Numbered from the whole stretch's first letter, positions 23,848-36,347 are shown. The stretch: DNA of 63,690 nt, filler included, from 20 parts of 20 records of this genome joined end to end with filler, not necessarily neighbours in it, one strand, 5' to 3'. Notes: a model not told the origin generated them from the letters alone. Translations and numbers: made by a program.

Positions 23848-24917
23848 AGGTTATCGTATATTTTTATCAAATTTTTCATGCCTTTTTCTTTTGAATAATG
23901 TTCCTGTACAGAAACTTGTAAATCCATTGCTATTTGTTTTTCTAACTGTTTATTTTGAGTGATGTTTTTTAATGCGGATGCAAATTTAACACTGTCCTTA
24001 GGAGGAACTACGGCCTTCTTATTGTTTACTACATTCTTACATTCGCCAACATCCGTTACTAAAACTGGTATTTTTGCCAAACCATATTCTAATAAAGAAA
24101 CGGGTAATCCTTCTGATTTAGAGGCTAATACACCTAGTTTTGTTTGTGATAAAATATGTTTAATATCTGAACATAAACCATATAGAAATACGTTTTTAGT
24201 TAAGAATTCTTTTTTAATATACTCTTTTATGGATTTTGAGTACGCATCCTGATAATCTTTACCAATCAAATGTAAAGTCCAATCTGGAAATTCATTTTTA
24301 AAAATCGCAAATGCTTTTAATAAGTTTAAATGGTCTTTTTGTTCTCTAAACCCTGCTAAATGAACAATTCTTTTTCCTTCCGTACCTTTTAAAAGGGTTG
24401 TTTTTTTTTCCTCTTTAAAAACCGCAAAATTATTTATAAAATAGATTTTTTTAGTAAATAAGTTTTTTTGTGACCATCTTTGTAACTTTTTATTGACAGA
24501 AATTATAACAGAGAAAAATATTGAAAAAAATTTTAAAGGATAGGCATTCCTTTTTTCTAAAAACTCCCTTTTTCCAGAATGGTCATGCCATACTACCTTT
24601 ACTTTAGAGTATATTATTTTTATACAAAAAGCAATAAATGAAGAGGTTGCATGTGCATGAATTATCTGTATATGATTTTCTTTGAGGTATTTTTTTAGTT
24701 TAAAAATAGCGGAAAGATCTAGTATCTTTTTTCTATTTAAAAAAAGAAAGCCTACATTCTGGTGAATGCTCTTTTTAAGAACTCCTTCTTTTCTTGTCAC
24801 GCAAATATGAGCGTCTATACCATATTCGGATAAACCATTTGCGATGTTTACGGCCAATACTTCTGCCCCTCCAACATTTAAAGAATCTATAATTTGTATG
24901 ACTTTTAATTTATCCAT
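23841..24917 (-). CDS. Glycosyltransferase family 4 (GT-B)
   Basis: Motifs SLNVGGAE, IIHAH, QKDHLNLLKAF, SKSEGLPVSLLEY and TDVG. Confidence 0.92.
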   Translation of the reverse strand: MDKLKVIQIIDSLNVGGAEVLAVNIANGLSEYGIDAHICVTRKEGVLKKSIHQNVGFLFLNRKKILDLSAIFKLKKYLKENHIQIIHAHATSSFIAFCIKIIYSKVKVVWHDHSGKREFLEKRNAYPLKFFSIFFSVIISVNKKLQRWSQKNLFTKKIYFINNFAVFKEEKKTTLLKGTEGKRIVHLAGFREQKDHLNLLKAFAIFKNEFPDWTLHLIGKDYQDAYSKSIKEYIKKEFLTKNVFLYGLCSDIKHILSQTKLGVLASKSEGLPVSLLEYGLAKIPVLVTDVGECKNVVNNKKAVVPPKDSVKFASALKNITQNKQLEKQIAMDLQVSVQEHYSKEKGMKNLIKIYDNLC

Positions 24918-26028
24918 TTAATAATTTTGAAATTTCTGCTTCCCATTTTTCTAAGGTGTATTTTTGAGACCATTTTACCGCATTTTTTACCTGTTCTGTA
25001 TATCGATTTGTATCCAAAAAATACAATTCAATAGCCGCTACAATTTCATTTACATTTGAATTTATAAGGGTTCCTCTCTTTCCATTTCCAATCATATAAG
25101 CAAGGCAAGATACTTTAGAGGTTATGGGTAAACATCCCCAAAACATGGCTTCTGCAACTACTTTTGGCCAACCTTCGGATTTTGATATAAATAGCAAAAA
25201 ATGAGCTTCTTGAAATTTTTTCTTTATTGTTTCTTTAGAAACATTCCCGTGAATTCGGATGTTTTTATGGAGTTGATGGGTGTTGAGATAATCAACTAGA
25301 ATATTTTTTTCAGCCCCCTCTCCATAGAGATCTAAAGAAACTTTTCGGTTTTGTTTTAAGAGCTCTTGCATTACTTTTATGGATAAAAGAGGTTGTTTGC
25401 TTTTTGTCAAAGCCCCCACAAAAACAAATATAATTTCTTTTTTTAAGTCTCTCTTTTTTACTTCTGTAATTTCCTCTTTTGAATAAGATGCCGTAAAAAA
25501 GGGTTTGATATTTTTAGTTTGATTTTTCCATTTCCCATAGACCAATACGGTCATCTTTTTAGTAAAAAAAGGATTGCTTAATAAACGCTTTTGAAAATTA
25601 TAAAAAATCGGTTGTTTACTGGTTGGATCCCAATTTCCCGCATATTTTGCGGTTTTTATTTTATGCGGAAAAAAAAATTGTAATAGGCATCCTAATAGAC
25701 CTATATTGCCGGGACATCTCAAATGAATATGATCTGCCCATAACATCACTTGGACTATTTTATACATTGCATGGGGAATTCCTACCGTTGCTTTTAAAAT
25801 CCCTTGAAAGGTATTGAAATGAAAATCTAGAGTCTTGTAAATCTTATAATTCTTTTTTCTGTAGGAGGTATCTATTGTTGTGATTGCTTTTTTGGAGGTA
25901 GGTGCCACTATACGAACTTCACGAGCATATTTCATCCATAAATTCATTTCTCGAATATAGGGTTCATAGGCATAAAAATCCTTTTTATGTTTTTTATGTA
26001 AACAGTGGGTGATAATCGCTAATTTCAT
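24910..26028 (-). CDS. Glycosyltransferase family 4 (GT-B)
   Basis: Motifs HIHLRCPGNIG, KYAGNWD and SKSEGWPKVVAEAM. Confidence 0.9.
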   Translation of the reverse strand: MKLAIITHCLHKKHKKDFYAYEPYIREMNLWMKYAREVRIVAPTSKKAITTIDTSYRKKNYKIYKTLDFHFNTFQGILKATVGIPHAMYKIVQVMLWADHIHLRCPGNIGLLGCLLQFFFPHKIKTAKYAGNWDPTSKQPIFYNFQKRLLSNPFFTKKMTVLVYGKWKNQTKNIKPFFTASYSKEEITEVKKRDLKKEIIFVFVGALTKSKQPLLSIKVMQELLKQNRKVSLDLYGEGAEKNILVDYLNTHQLHKNIRIHGNVSKETIKKKFQEAHFLLFISKSEGWPKVVAEAMFWGCLPITSKVSCLAYMIGNGKRGTLINSNVNEIVAAIELYFLDTNRYTEQVKNAVKWSQKYTLEKWEAEISKLLNG

Positions 26029-26030
26029 TT

Positions 26031-26156
26031 TTATTGGTATCCCGCATAAGTTATAATTTCTCCATCTTTAAAAAACACGGTTTTATAAGGGTAATTTTGT
26101 TTTTTAAAAAAAGCTTCCACTTCAGCTCCTTCAATATCCATTTTAATAAAGTTAAG
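26031..26156 (-). pseudogene. Remnant of an FkbM-family methyltransferase
   Basis: The intergenic frame reads LNFIKMDIEGAEVEAFFKKQNYPYKTVFFKDGEIITYAGYQ-stop; KMDIEGAE is the FkbM motif. The N-terminal part is missing. Confidence 0.7.
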
Positions 26157-27150
26157 GTTTTTTAATTTTATATAAAGGTAAAGTAAACCAAGCTATAAAT
26201 CTCCCTAGAACTTCCCAAGTGGTCTCTTTCTTTTTTTTACCTGTAACCATGTTTCTAAATTTGACAAGGGTTAATAGCAATAGTATAGCGTTCCATTTTA
26301 ACCGAGCCTTAAAAGTAGGTTTTGGGTATTTTACACGCCAAACATACCATCCGTTTCTGATCGCCATTTTACCATATAAATATTGATTAGGTCTTCCTGC
26401 TTCTTCATGGTGATGAAATACCGTTGCTCCCGTGTTTACATACAAGGGATACTTTTTTGATACTCGTAAACAATAGTCTAAATCTTCATACAAACCATAG
26501 CCTTTAAAATAGGTTGAAAACTTAATGGTATCTACCACTTCTTTTTTAAAGGAAAAGACCGCTCCTATAAAATATTCGGCGGGATAAATTTTATGATTAG
26601 GTGGTAAACTTCCTACAGAAAAGCCGTTTGAAAACTCTGGCATAAAACAAGGAGCTTTGTCTGATAATAAACCGAGTTTCTTTCTAAGGATATTTCTCCT
26701 TCCTAAATCCCTAACATAACCGTCTATTTCATATTCTTTAAAAGTTGCTTTTTCATTGGGTTTTAGTTTTCGCCAAGTGATTTCATTACTAATGAACCCC
26801 CCAACTCCACCAGCATCTGGATATTCTTTATAGGTGGCTATTAAATTTTTAAAATAGGTTTTTGTTAAAACGGTATCATCATCCAAAAAACAAACAAGAT
26901 CTATATTTTTAGAGACTTTGGAGATTCCAAAATTACGTTGTTTTGTTAAGCCTCTATTTTGTTCACCGACCTTATAATAAATTAGCTTTTTAAAAGATGT
27001 TTTTTCTAAAGCCATTTTTGTTTGATCCTCTATGGATCCATCAATAATGATAATTTCATCCGGATACAAAACTTGTTTTTCTACGGAGGTAAGCAATGTT
27101 AAAATTGCTTTGGGTCGCCTATATGTACAAACAATTAAACTAAACTTCAT
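26152..27150 (-). CDS. Glycosyltransferase family 2 (GT-A)
   Basis: Motifs SLIVCTY, IIIIDGS, QRNFG, FLDDD and YEDLDYCLR. Confidence 0.92.
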   Translation of the reverse strand: MKFSLIVCTYRRPKAILTLLTSVEKQVLYPDEIIIIDGSIEDQTKMALEKTSFKKLIYYKVGEQNRGLTKQRNFGISKVSKNIDLVCFLDDDTVLTKTYFKNLIATYKEYPDAGGVGGFISNEITWRKLKPNEKATFKEYEIDGYVRDLGRRNILRKKLGLLSDKAPCFMPEFSNGFSVGSLPPNHKIYPAEYFIGAVFSFKKEVVDTIKFSTYFKGYGLYEDLDYCLRVSKKYPLYVNTGATVFHHHEEAGRPNQYLYGKMAIRNGWYVWRVKYPKPTFKARLKWNAILLLLTLVKFRNMVTGKKKKETTWEVLGRFIAWFTLPLYKIKKP

Positions 27151-29609
27151 GATCTTCTATATGTTTTTCAATGAATTTATTTGCTAATTTTATACTTATA
27201 CTCCGTCCGAGCCTGCCCTGAGTTTANNNNNNNNNNNNNNNNNNNNNNNNNNNNNNNNNNNNNNNNNNNNTTAATTAATTAANNNNNNNNNNNNNNNNNN
27301 NNNNNNNNNNNNNNNNNNNNNNNNNNTGAACAACGTTCCATTACCATGCTGTTCAAGTCCTGCAGGCAAGACATTTTTAAATATTCAAGGGGCCTATGAA
27401 AAAAAGCATCCGAATGTTAAAACTATGGCATCATTTTAAAAGAATTTGACCGTTATCAATGATTTGGATATAACTTTTTAGGTAGAAAACTTAAGGATTT
27501 TCGAAAGTGTGTGTGTGTTTTGTTTTTTTGGTGTTTGGACTCGTTTTCTACCAAAAATTGTTTTTTATTACACGACAAAAGGTAATGATTTGAAAATGTT
27601 CAAATTGGGTGTGGGGTGGGGTGTGTGTTACACAACAATTTCACACATGTACAATATTTTTCGTTACCAATGCTTGCACAGCGTGTTCTTATATCAGTCG
27701 GTTCCCAACAATTATCATCATTGCTCCAAATATGAAGACGACATTTATAAATTCGGAGAATTTGAGTCGAACTTGCAACTTCAATTCGATTCGCTTTTTC
27801 AGGGAGATCCTCCCAAACAATTGGCTACAAACACGCACACGCACAACAGAAATTCATAAAATATAGAATCTTGGATTACACTTTTAAGAATTGTAAATCA
27901 ATTCCTTACCAATGGAGTTTACTTTTACAAAGGACTAGTAAAGGAACTCCACAGACAAGTTCAGGCTTCTGAAGGTGGGGAGTGGGTGTGTGGGTGGGTG
28001 GTGGAGGGGATGTGGGGTGTGTGGGTGTGGGGGGTGGGGAGTGAACTCCCTGGGGCAAAGTCTTTCGTAAAAACTGGGACTCGTTTATTGATCAATATCA
28101 CTCATTTCACTTTTAGACCCATCATTGCCAGAATCATCCGGAAGTTCGTCACTTTTATCACTAGGGTTAGGGTTCTCATGAAATTTCCCAAAATTCCCGA
28201 ACATTCCTCAAAATTTCATATATGCCGCTTGCTGAAAGACCACAACCGATTTCTTACCAGTCATAGAAGAAAAAAGACAAGAATCGGTTTGTTATAGGTC
28301 CGGAATTGCTGTAGCTGGTTCCTTACGCATAAATAATCCCCGAAATGGTAGGAGATGGTGGTGCCGACGACTGAGAAGGTACTGCTTACAGTAATGCCAA
28401 ATGTTATTTAAATACGATACAAGCTCACACTTCAGTACAATTGTTTTAACGAAAAACAGTCCCATAATTGACTGGAAACTTATTATTTCAACCATAAATG
28501 AAAAGTTCTGCATTTCTTGTGCAGGATGTCCAAGCGAAAACTTCTAATATAATATGAAAGATTTCTTGCCAACAATAACACACGCTGACAAAAAAATTGA
28601 ACATGGTTGTTTTAGTTTTTTAAAAGGCCCAAATTTTAAAATATTATCGTTTACACGATTTCAACATACACAATGTCATGTGTAAGCAAGCAAGCAAGCA
28701 ATTCGACCTAACAAATCTATAGGAAAGTTTAGAAAAGCACATAGATCTTACGAATCCACGTTCAATTGTATCTCCAATTTTGTACGTCTCTTACAAATTT
28801 AGATATCGAAACGCACAACAGTATTCTGGAAAATATTCCACTCTGACTAAACTTACCAAAACTTCATTTGAATCGTTGTCCATTTGACCATTATGAATTG
28901 CAGGTGATTTTAATACGTCGTTCTAAAGGAGCAAAGACAAGTTCAGTTTGTAGCTTCATAAATATGATTCGAAGTTACATGTTAATAGTTCTAAAATTCG
29001 CGCGTTCGCGTTATCTCTTGTAATTTTTTAACTTTATACAAAAAAAAATTTGGGGTCGCTTTGAAATTTTTTGTGCACTTTCTACTGTTGGACAAACAAA
29101 CACCGAAAATAATATATTTTTGACAATTACAGAAAGGGCACAAAAAAGTTCAAAAGCAACATCAAAAAATTCTTTTTGTGTAAGTTTTTTTAAAACGCGA
29201 TAGCACAAACGCGCGAATTTTAGCTCTATTAACTTCAAAACATGTTTTTTCGTCAAATAGAAAAATCTGTTTGTCATTTATTTAATCTCCATACAACACA
29301 AATGTTTCATTAATAATTCTTTTTTAAAAAAAAGGCGGACACAATTTTTCGAAAGTACGCAAATTGTACCTGTGTGTGGGAGTGTGGTGGGTGGTAGTCA
29401 CTAAATCAAAAAGCACACTCACACTCCCCAACGTGTGTTCTACTCACAAAAAGTTTGTTTTGTAGCAAAACACCGAAATACACAAATGAAAGCTTTATAC
29501 GTGTTTTGGTATAATTCTCACGGAAATTAAAGAAAAAACAGTTATCAAACAAATTCTACGAAATAAAACTTTCATTTACCACAGCCGTTTCATGTTAAAA
29601 TAAACTTAC

Positions 29610-29843
29610 AATTGATGTTAAGAGTTTGCTCGGTCCATGAGGTATTTCTTCTTGGTCTTTTCCAGATTTTTTATTTCGTACATTTTCTTTTATATCATCG
29701 TCTGGGGAAACATTTTGACTCGCTTGTTTCAGATCTTTTGAAATATTTTCTTGAATGGAAATTGAACCTTTTGCTAAATCGTCAAATTTGTCAAGAATTG
29801 TTTTTGTTTGTTGAATACGATCTTTTTCCATTCCTTGAAGTTC
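29610..29843 (-). CDS. Eukaryotic exon resembling the C-terminal part of an F-BAR domain
   Basis: AG/GT-bounded exon: ELQGMEKDRIQQTKTILDKF...VSPDDDIKENVRNKKSG, similar to the Q.ME..RI...D...DI..F....G pattern. Confidence 0.4.
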
Positions 29844-30364
29844 CTAAGAAACAAACATATGGAAATTTTGTTATTTGGGGGTTCGGCATGTNNNNNNNNN
29901 NNNNNNNNNNNNNNNNNNNNNNNNNNNNNNNNNNNTTAATTAATTAANNNNNNNNNNNNNNNNNNNNNNNNNNNNNNNNNNNNNNNNNNNNTTTTCAAAA
30001 AGAAACAAAGTTATTTTCTGTTCAAATTGTATGTCAAACATATTTTCATAACATTAATCCTTCCAGAGTGAGTACAGCAGTTTCTTTGTGTAGAAGAGGG
30101 TGGTGCCTCGTGGGAGCTTGAAGAGAGGGGCAAGTACTTATTTTGTTAGATATTTGTGAACTAAAGCGTTAAAAATTCACAAGTTATTTGCCAATCGAAT
30201 TTCCGAACTCCATATATCGAGAAACCACGTGAATCAATATCTAGGAGCGATGAATTTTATTTATGGCATCAAAAGTCAGACCACGATCAAACTTTGTATC
30301 AGGTTTTAACTTATCTACTTTCTTTATCGTTCCAAAAAAACGAAAGCCACATTTTGTTACTTAC

Positions 30365-30593
30365 CATAGTTTGGATGCGCCAAAAAAGTTTGAAGTTTGG
30401 CCGCAAGCGATACAATTGACTTCTCGGATGGCCAAGTTAGCTCTGCATGGACACACGGCCATCCGCTTTCTAGTTTTACGTTCACGTGGTAGATTTTTGT
30501 TTCAAATCGAATATTTTTTGGTAATGAATCTGGTGCATTATCGTCCAATTCAAAATACACACGAAATATTCCACCTTCATATGGTGTGTCTTT
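30365..30593 (-). CDS. Exon of a ubiquitin-conjugating (UBC/E2) domain protein
   Basis: KDTPYEGGIFRVYF...RFETKIYHVNVKLESGWPCV...W...LQTFLAHPNY, bounded by CAG and GTAAG. Confidence 0.8.
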
Positions 30594-31957
30594 CTGAATA
30601 AAAATGAAGAAAAATAAATGCCTGTCATTGCATTTTCACAATTTTTTACAATTACAGTCAGTCTGAAATCATTGTTACAAAATGTAAGACAGTAGATGAC
30701 AATATAAGGTACCGTGCTCGAATTTGACTCCAATTCGCTATACTCTTTGAAAAACAAAATAGATAAAAATTAACTGCCGTTTTACGTGATTACCAATTCA
30801 ATGTTTTTGGATATTTTAGTTTTGCTGTGGAGTTAATCAAATAATACAGAATGAAAACGCACATACCTTTATGTTTTCCACGCAGGCTGTAAGTTTGTGT
30901 TGCCTGACAAGGCACCCAGAATAAATCGGCGACATCAGAGTCAGTTTATAATTTCAATAACTTGTGGTAAGGACGTCATAAGTTTGCGGGTGGGAGAAGT
31001 GTAGCGGAAATAAAACTGTGCACTACTGTAATGACATCTTCACTTTCAATGAGAAAAAACACGTTTTAGCATTAAAATGAAGTTCACATTAACAAAAATA
31101 CGATCCGATCTGAATCTTTGTTCGGGCGTTGAAAATAAAATCTATTTCGCAAATTTTGTTTAGGAATTCTTGTAAAAAATATCATTTTCGAAGTGTGTTG
31201 GGTGCCTTGTACAGATGTGGGTTGAGTAAATATGTTTGAGATGATTAATACATGGGCCATTCTGTTTTTACAACATTTTACTTACTGCACCATAAATGAT
31301 AATTTCCCATTCTTTCTCGCTCCCATACGGATCTCTCAGTCCACACTCCACGCCAGGAGGTGCCTTATACCGACAATTATCCTTTTGCTAACATACAACA
31401 AACGCACGATAGTTTCCATGTCATACAATTGCTAATATTGAACAAAATGTTTGTGTTTTAGACATGTTGTGCGTGTATACAAGAGTCTACGGAATCCCTT
31501 CAATTGTGATTTGTTAACTCAACTGGTGTGAGAATTTCTAGGTGATTTGTTTCTCGTTTAGAAAAGCGCCGGTGTACTCGAAATACAATAAAGAGCAAAA
31601 ACGAACAGGAATTGCTGCCCTCTGTGTGCACATTTTTGCTAAATGTGCGCATTTTACATTGTGTACACATGTTAATTTCAAAAAAAATGTATGCTGTAAA
31701 TCCCATAAATATGTATCTGCAGTTTTCTTTCGGATAAAATACCAAAACATATATGATGTGCAAGAAATTTCGTACCTGTCTCAACCAACCGCTATCAATT
31801 GCCTCAAGGAATGGAACAAAGAAAATCGCCAGACAAAGAAATGTTTTCATGGTAACGGGGATTAGAGGAGGTAAGTTGATATGTCACATTTAAAGTTAAG
31901 TTCCTACTTTTTCATTTGTTTTTATTTTCAACTTTACGTGACTCGTTTCATCGAAAA

Positions 31958-32386
31958 ATGGATGAAAACGGGATCATAGGACGTTTAGCTGAGCGCTTTG
32001 AGGAACTAAGTTCTTTACAAAAGTTTTTTCTCCTTCTTGTAATTTGTGTTGGTGCAAATGTTGCTGTTACCATTTTGGTGTGGCGAGTTTTGCCCAACAA
32101 CTCGGAAGAAAACAGTGTTGCGATTGACAACCTTTCAAAAACACTCAACACAATGCGTCAAGACATATTTTCGAGCGACACTACTCTGAACAAACGCTTT
32201 GAAGAGTTGAATTTATTTGTGAGACCGCCGCTAGGGTACGAAATTTCGGGCAATATTTTGAATTCCCATAATCCAAAACTGCATAGAATTTTTATACTAA
32301 AAGACAGAAAATCAGTCAATGTTGCGCATTTAATTACACTGAAAACCATGGAAGCCTCGCAAGACGAAATAAAAGAGACTTTTTAA
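31958..32386 (+). CDS. Eukaryotic hypothetical single-pass membrane protein
   Basis: ORF from MDENGIIG with one hydrophobic stretch (FFLLLVICVGANVAVTILVW) followed by a coiled-coil-like segment. Confidence 0.4.
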   Translation: MDENGIIGRLAERFEELSSLQKFFLLLVICVGANVAVTILVWRVLPNNSEENSVAIDNLSKTLNTMRQDIFSSDTTLNKRFEELNLFVRPPLGYEISGNILNSHNPKLHRIFILKDRKSVNVAHLITLKTMEASQDEIKETF

Positions 32387-34519
32387 TCTTGTGGTGTCCA
32401 AATATTTAAGTTATGGGTCAGTTGTTGTTTCACCCCCACCACCACACACCCAACCACCTCCCACACACACACGTCCATTCACACCTAAACTTTTCAATAG
32501 TACCTATCATTTCTCAAACGCCCTACTTGTAATATTTTGAGGTGAGGTTTCCTATCGTTACACCTGAATCCACAAATGAAAATTGTCAAATAGTGCTAAC
32601 AAGTAAACACAGAATGCCTACCGTCCAACACGTCTGTCATCCACCCCGCACCACTCCCACTCAACACCGCACATGCGCCAAACACCCGACAAGACTCACC
32701 AAGTGACAGTGATATTTGTGCAATTTTTTAGGCCTCTAGTAGATATAAAAGGAACGCAAAGGTATGTTTAATTATGTACTTCTAGAAAAAGACAAGACAA
32801 AAGGTTTTATTTCCGTGAAAGGGGGGAATTGGGCAACAAATTATAATTTTATTTGTTTTAGCTCGAAGGCATCAACTCTGCGCCCTGGAACTCAAATGAA
32901 CAGCGAAGCAAATGGAGAAATTNNNNNNNNNNNNNNNNNNNNNNNNNNNNNNNNNNNNNNNNNNNNTTAATTAATTAANNNNNNNNNNNNNNNNNNNNNN
33001 NNNNNNNNNNNNNNNNNNNNNNCAAAAATAATAAAATCGTTTTCTTTTCTCGCCCTAAACAGTATTGAATTTCAGAGAGAGAATCAAACATTGTCAATGC
33101 GAAACACCCTTCTGAACAATGAGGATGGTTCGGTAAATAAAGAATTCTTGTATGAACCAAAGTTCTGTGCTGACCTTCGTTACTTCCGGAGAAACATCGT
33201 CGGTATGATCATTATAATTACTACTAAGAGCTCTCCTCCAGCCGCCGCTCAGCCGGACATAACCAAATGGTTGTCTTAAGACCTTAGCAATAGAATGAAC
33301 ACAGCCAATTCGCGCCTTTATCATATGCAGATAGCTAAAAATAAAATTATTGAAGTTAAACCCTACCAATTTGTCACAGAAAGCAGACAGAGAAAAATAA
33401 ACTCTGCAAAATTGAAAAAAAATGCTCCGGCTAACATGCTGTTCCGCAAGGGTCACACAGGTCCGTGGCTTTCACGGAATCGGAATTTTTCCACTCTTTT
33501 CTGTGCTTTTTTCGCTTAACATGGCTTATAATGTTGTTGGGGAAATTAAACTGAGTTATGGGATAGTGAAAATACATCCAATTCACGACAGTACATTTTG
33601 ATCAATGCACAACAATTTGCAACAAAAGTAAAAATATTGTGGGTAATTACAGTATTTGTGTGTGTTTTCATTTTTCAACTAAATGTTTTAGAGTGCGCCC
33701 ACGAAAAACTATCGTTTGGCAATGATACAAGCAAGAAAATTCGCAACATTAGGAAAGAAATTGGTAAATTTTGAAATATTTCGGCACTTCTGTGGTGTGA
33801 TCACAATGATTTTTTTTCTGGCAACGAAAGTGAAATTAATTTACAAATCCCAGATTTACGCTCTCTGAAATGTTGATTCAAACATGTTGGTGAAAGTCCG
33901 TCCTCATTCACAAGTTTCAATTTCATTTATTCTGTGTTTAGGCTGCGAAATCAGTGAAACGAACAAACTTCTCTAAAGTCTCAGCTCGTCACTTTTTGGG
34001 ATGTTCGTCAGTCCAACCCTTTACATGTACACATTCGGCAGGAAATATGTAAGTGACAAAGACATGGCATTCGTTCTGACAGAGTGGAGTACTGTGCCAA
34101 TAATAAACGAATGTATTTCTTGTATTTGTGTCACAACAGCCACAAGAACCCATAACATAATTTGTGATGAAAAGTGTGTACGATTTTTTTTCCACTGCAT
34201 ATAATAAATTTTGTTGTTTCACAAGAAAGGGTAAGAATTTGACGTGTACAAATATTGTTGCTTATTAAAATCGGTACCTTCAAATTGGATATGCGCACAT
34301 GTTTCGAACCAAAAGTAATACCCTAAGACTAATAATTTATCCAACACTGGTATTTAAAAAAAATTGTGGTGGCTTATGCTGGGATGTTCTTATGATTTCA
34401 ATTTCAAAAAAGAGTCATTGTGTGTGTTTTTTTAAAATTAATATTATATGTACAAAATGACCAAACAATCAATTTACAGCGAACGAACCAAATCTCCAAA
34501 TTACACCATTTCACTCATG

Positions 34520-35272
34520 TCAAAGTTTTTTTTTGCATTTCACTTCGAATGGAAACTCCTCTGGGACATAATATGACATATCAAAAATCAAGTTGGCCAC
34601 TGAAAAACGTATATCTTCCCCTAACATATTTTCAAGACATCCATGAAGTGTCTTATGATGAATGTTCGTCGCGTGACATAACCTTGTAGCTTCTGAGTGT
34701 TTCAGGAGACCGTTGAGATCAAGGTTTCTCACCGAGATTTTTCGAAAAATTGCATTGAACTTTACGGAGTACGGTTCTGGCAAGTCACAAATGGCAACAT
34801 TTACGTCTTTCTCTGTTGTTCTGACGGCATACAATCTCATGAGCCGCCACAAAGGCTTAAGAAAAGCGACGGCAGTTGTGCATTGTTGCGATTTCGAGGC
34901 GCTCATACCATCGCCGGCGAGAAAAATGAAAGTGCGGCATTTTATTTTTCCCTGTCTTATCACCGCCTCGACCAAATGGATGTATAATAAATCGTTGTAC
35001 GTCAAATACAACTTGATTCGAGTTGGTGGTGTGTGAAAGAGCATATTGGCAATTTCTTGCGCGTTGAAGAGCTCGTTTCCACCTGATGAAATGAAGTTTG
35101 CTGAAGTGTGCTCGGGATTGTAGGTTTTGTGCCCGATTGTGAGAACGCTTTTGACTTCTTTTGCTGTGAGCAGTTCGCCGTGCTGTGATTTTATCTGCAA
35201 AATGACCGAGAAGTGTTTGTGATTGAGGTGCCAAGCCAGATTATAGGTTGCTTGCCCGTCGGGTGTACTCAT
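34520..35272 (-). CDS. Eukaryotic hypothetical protein (250-aa open frame)
   Basis: Long ATG-initiated ORF, visibly less AT-rich than its flanks; no family recognised. Confidence 0.5.
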   Translation of the reverse strand: MSTPDGQATYNLAWHLNHKHFSVILQIKSQHGELLTAKEVKSVLTIGHKTYNPEHTSANFISSGGNELFNAQEIANMLFHTPPTRIKLYLTYNDLLYIHLVEAVIRQGKIKCRTFIFLAGDGMSASKSQQCTTAVAFLKPLWRLMRLYAVRTTEKDVNVAICDLPEPYSVKFNAIFRKISVRNLDLNGLLKHSEATRLCHATNIHHKTLHGCLENMLGEDIRFSVANLIFDMSYYVPEEFPFEVKCKKKL

Positions 35273-36347
35273 TTTTCACGACGTTTCCTTTTTGATATTT
35301 TGTTGAGTGTCGGTTGGAGACTTTTTGCCGACCAGTTTTCGCAAAACTGGAATCCAATTAAAGGAAACGTGTCCCCAGTTAGGGTGGAGTCTTTTCATTC
35401 GACAAATGTCGGAATACGGGCGGAAGTTTTGATCTTCCGACAACATGGAAACGACTCTCTTGCGTTAGCAGTCCTCAACACACAAATAAATTCATTTTTG
35501 TTGCAAAATGCAGATTTGATTTGGCAAATGGCGAGCCAGAAAATAGGAAAAGGAGAGCTATTAAAAAAAACTCAAACCAGAGTGCGGAGGTGGGGCGTGT
35601 GGTAGAGAGGTGGTGGAGAGAAGTGGGGTGCGGATGGGTGTAGTGACAGTGGAAAGCTATGGTATGTGTCCACGTGCATTTTAAACTAGAATCCAGTCTT
35701 GGATTGTGTCCCACAAAATGAATTGCTGTGGACCTCTTGCTTGAAATGTGTTTTATTGATGCTTGTTTTCCCCCAAGATTGTATCCATAAACTAAAAGGC
35801 TTAGTGATTAAATACCTCACACTCGCGCCTTTAAACAACAAGAGAAAACACAAAAACAACAGGAGGGTACTTCTTGCTCAAAAAGGTTCTCTTGAAAGCA
35901 AGTCCCGATCTTTGCAACCATTTTTCCACCTGCACTCATACGCGTATTTGTTTCAAAAATTAAAGCTCTGGATAGAGCCATAAATGTACTATTTGTATTT
36001 AGATTCTTTTCGAAAAATGTTAATGCGATGCTACAAAATCGACAAATTTAAACCATGAAAGTCTCATTGTATACATTTGCATGTGATACGGGATTCAAGA
36101 CCGGATAGTAGTTTAGAGCACACATGAAACACGGCTTTATTTAAGTATAATTTCCAATAATCGTAAAGTTTTTAGAAAGTAAAAAGTCATTTTTCAACGC
36201 ACACCCCACTCACCACACACCCTACAACTATGTGTAGTGAGAATAACAACGACGACAACAACACCGCAAATCTAGGACTTGTTTAGGATGTTTATGAGTC
36301 TATCTAAAAGTTTGAAAGGTTTACATTTTTCTCCGATTTTGTTTTAG

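Noticed and set aside
28163-28174. AGGGTTAGGGTT as telomeric repeat
   Set aside because: Only two units at an internal position; expected by chance.
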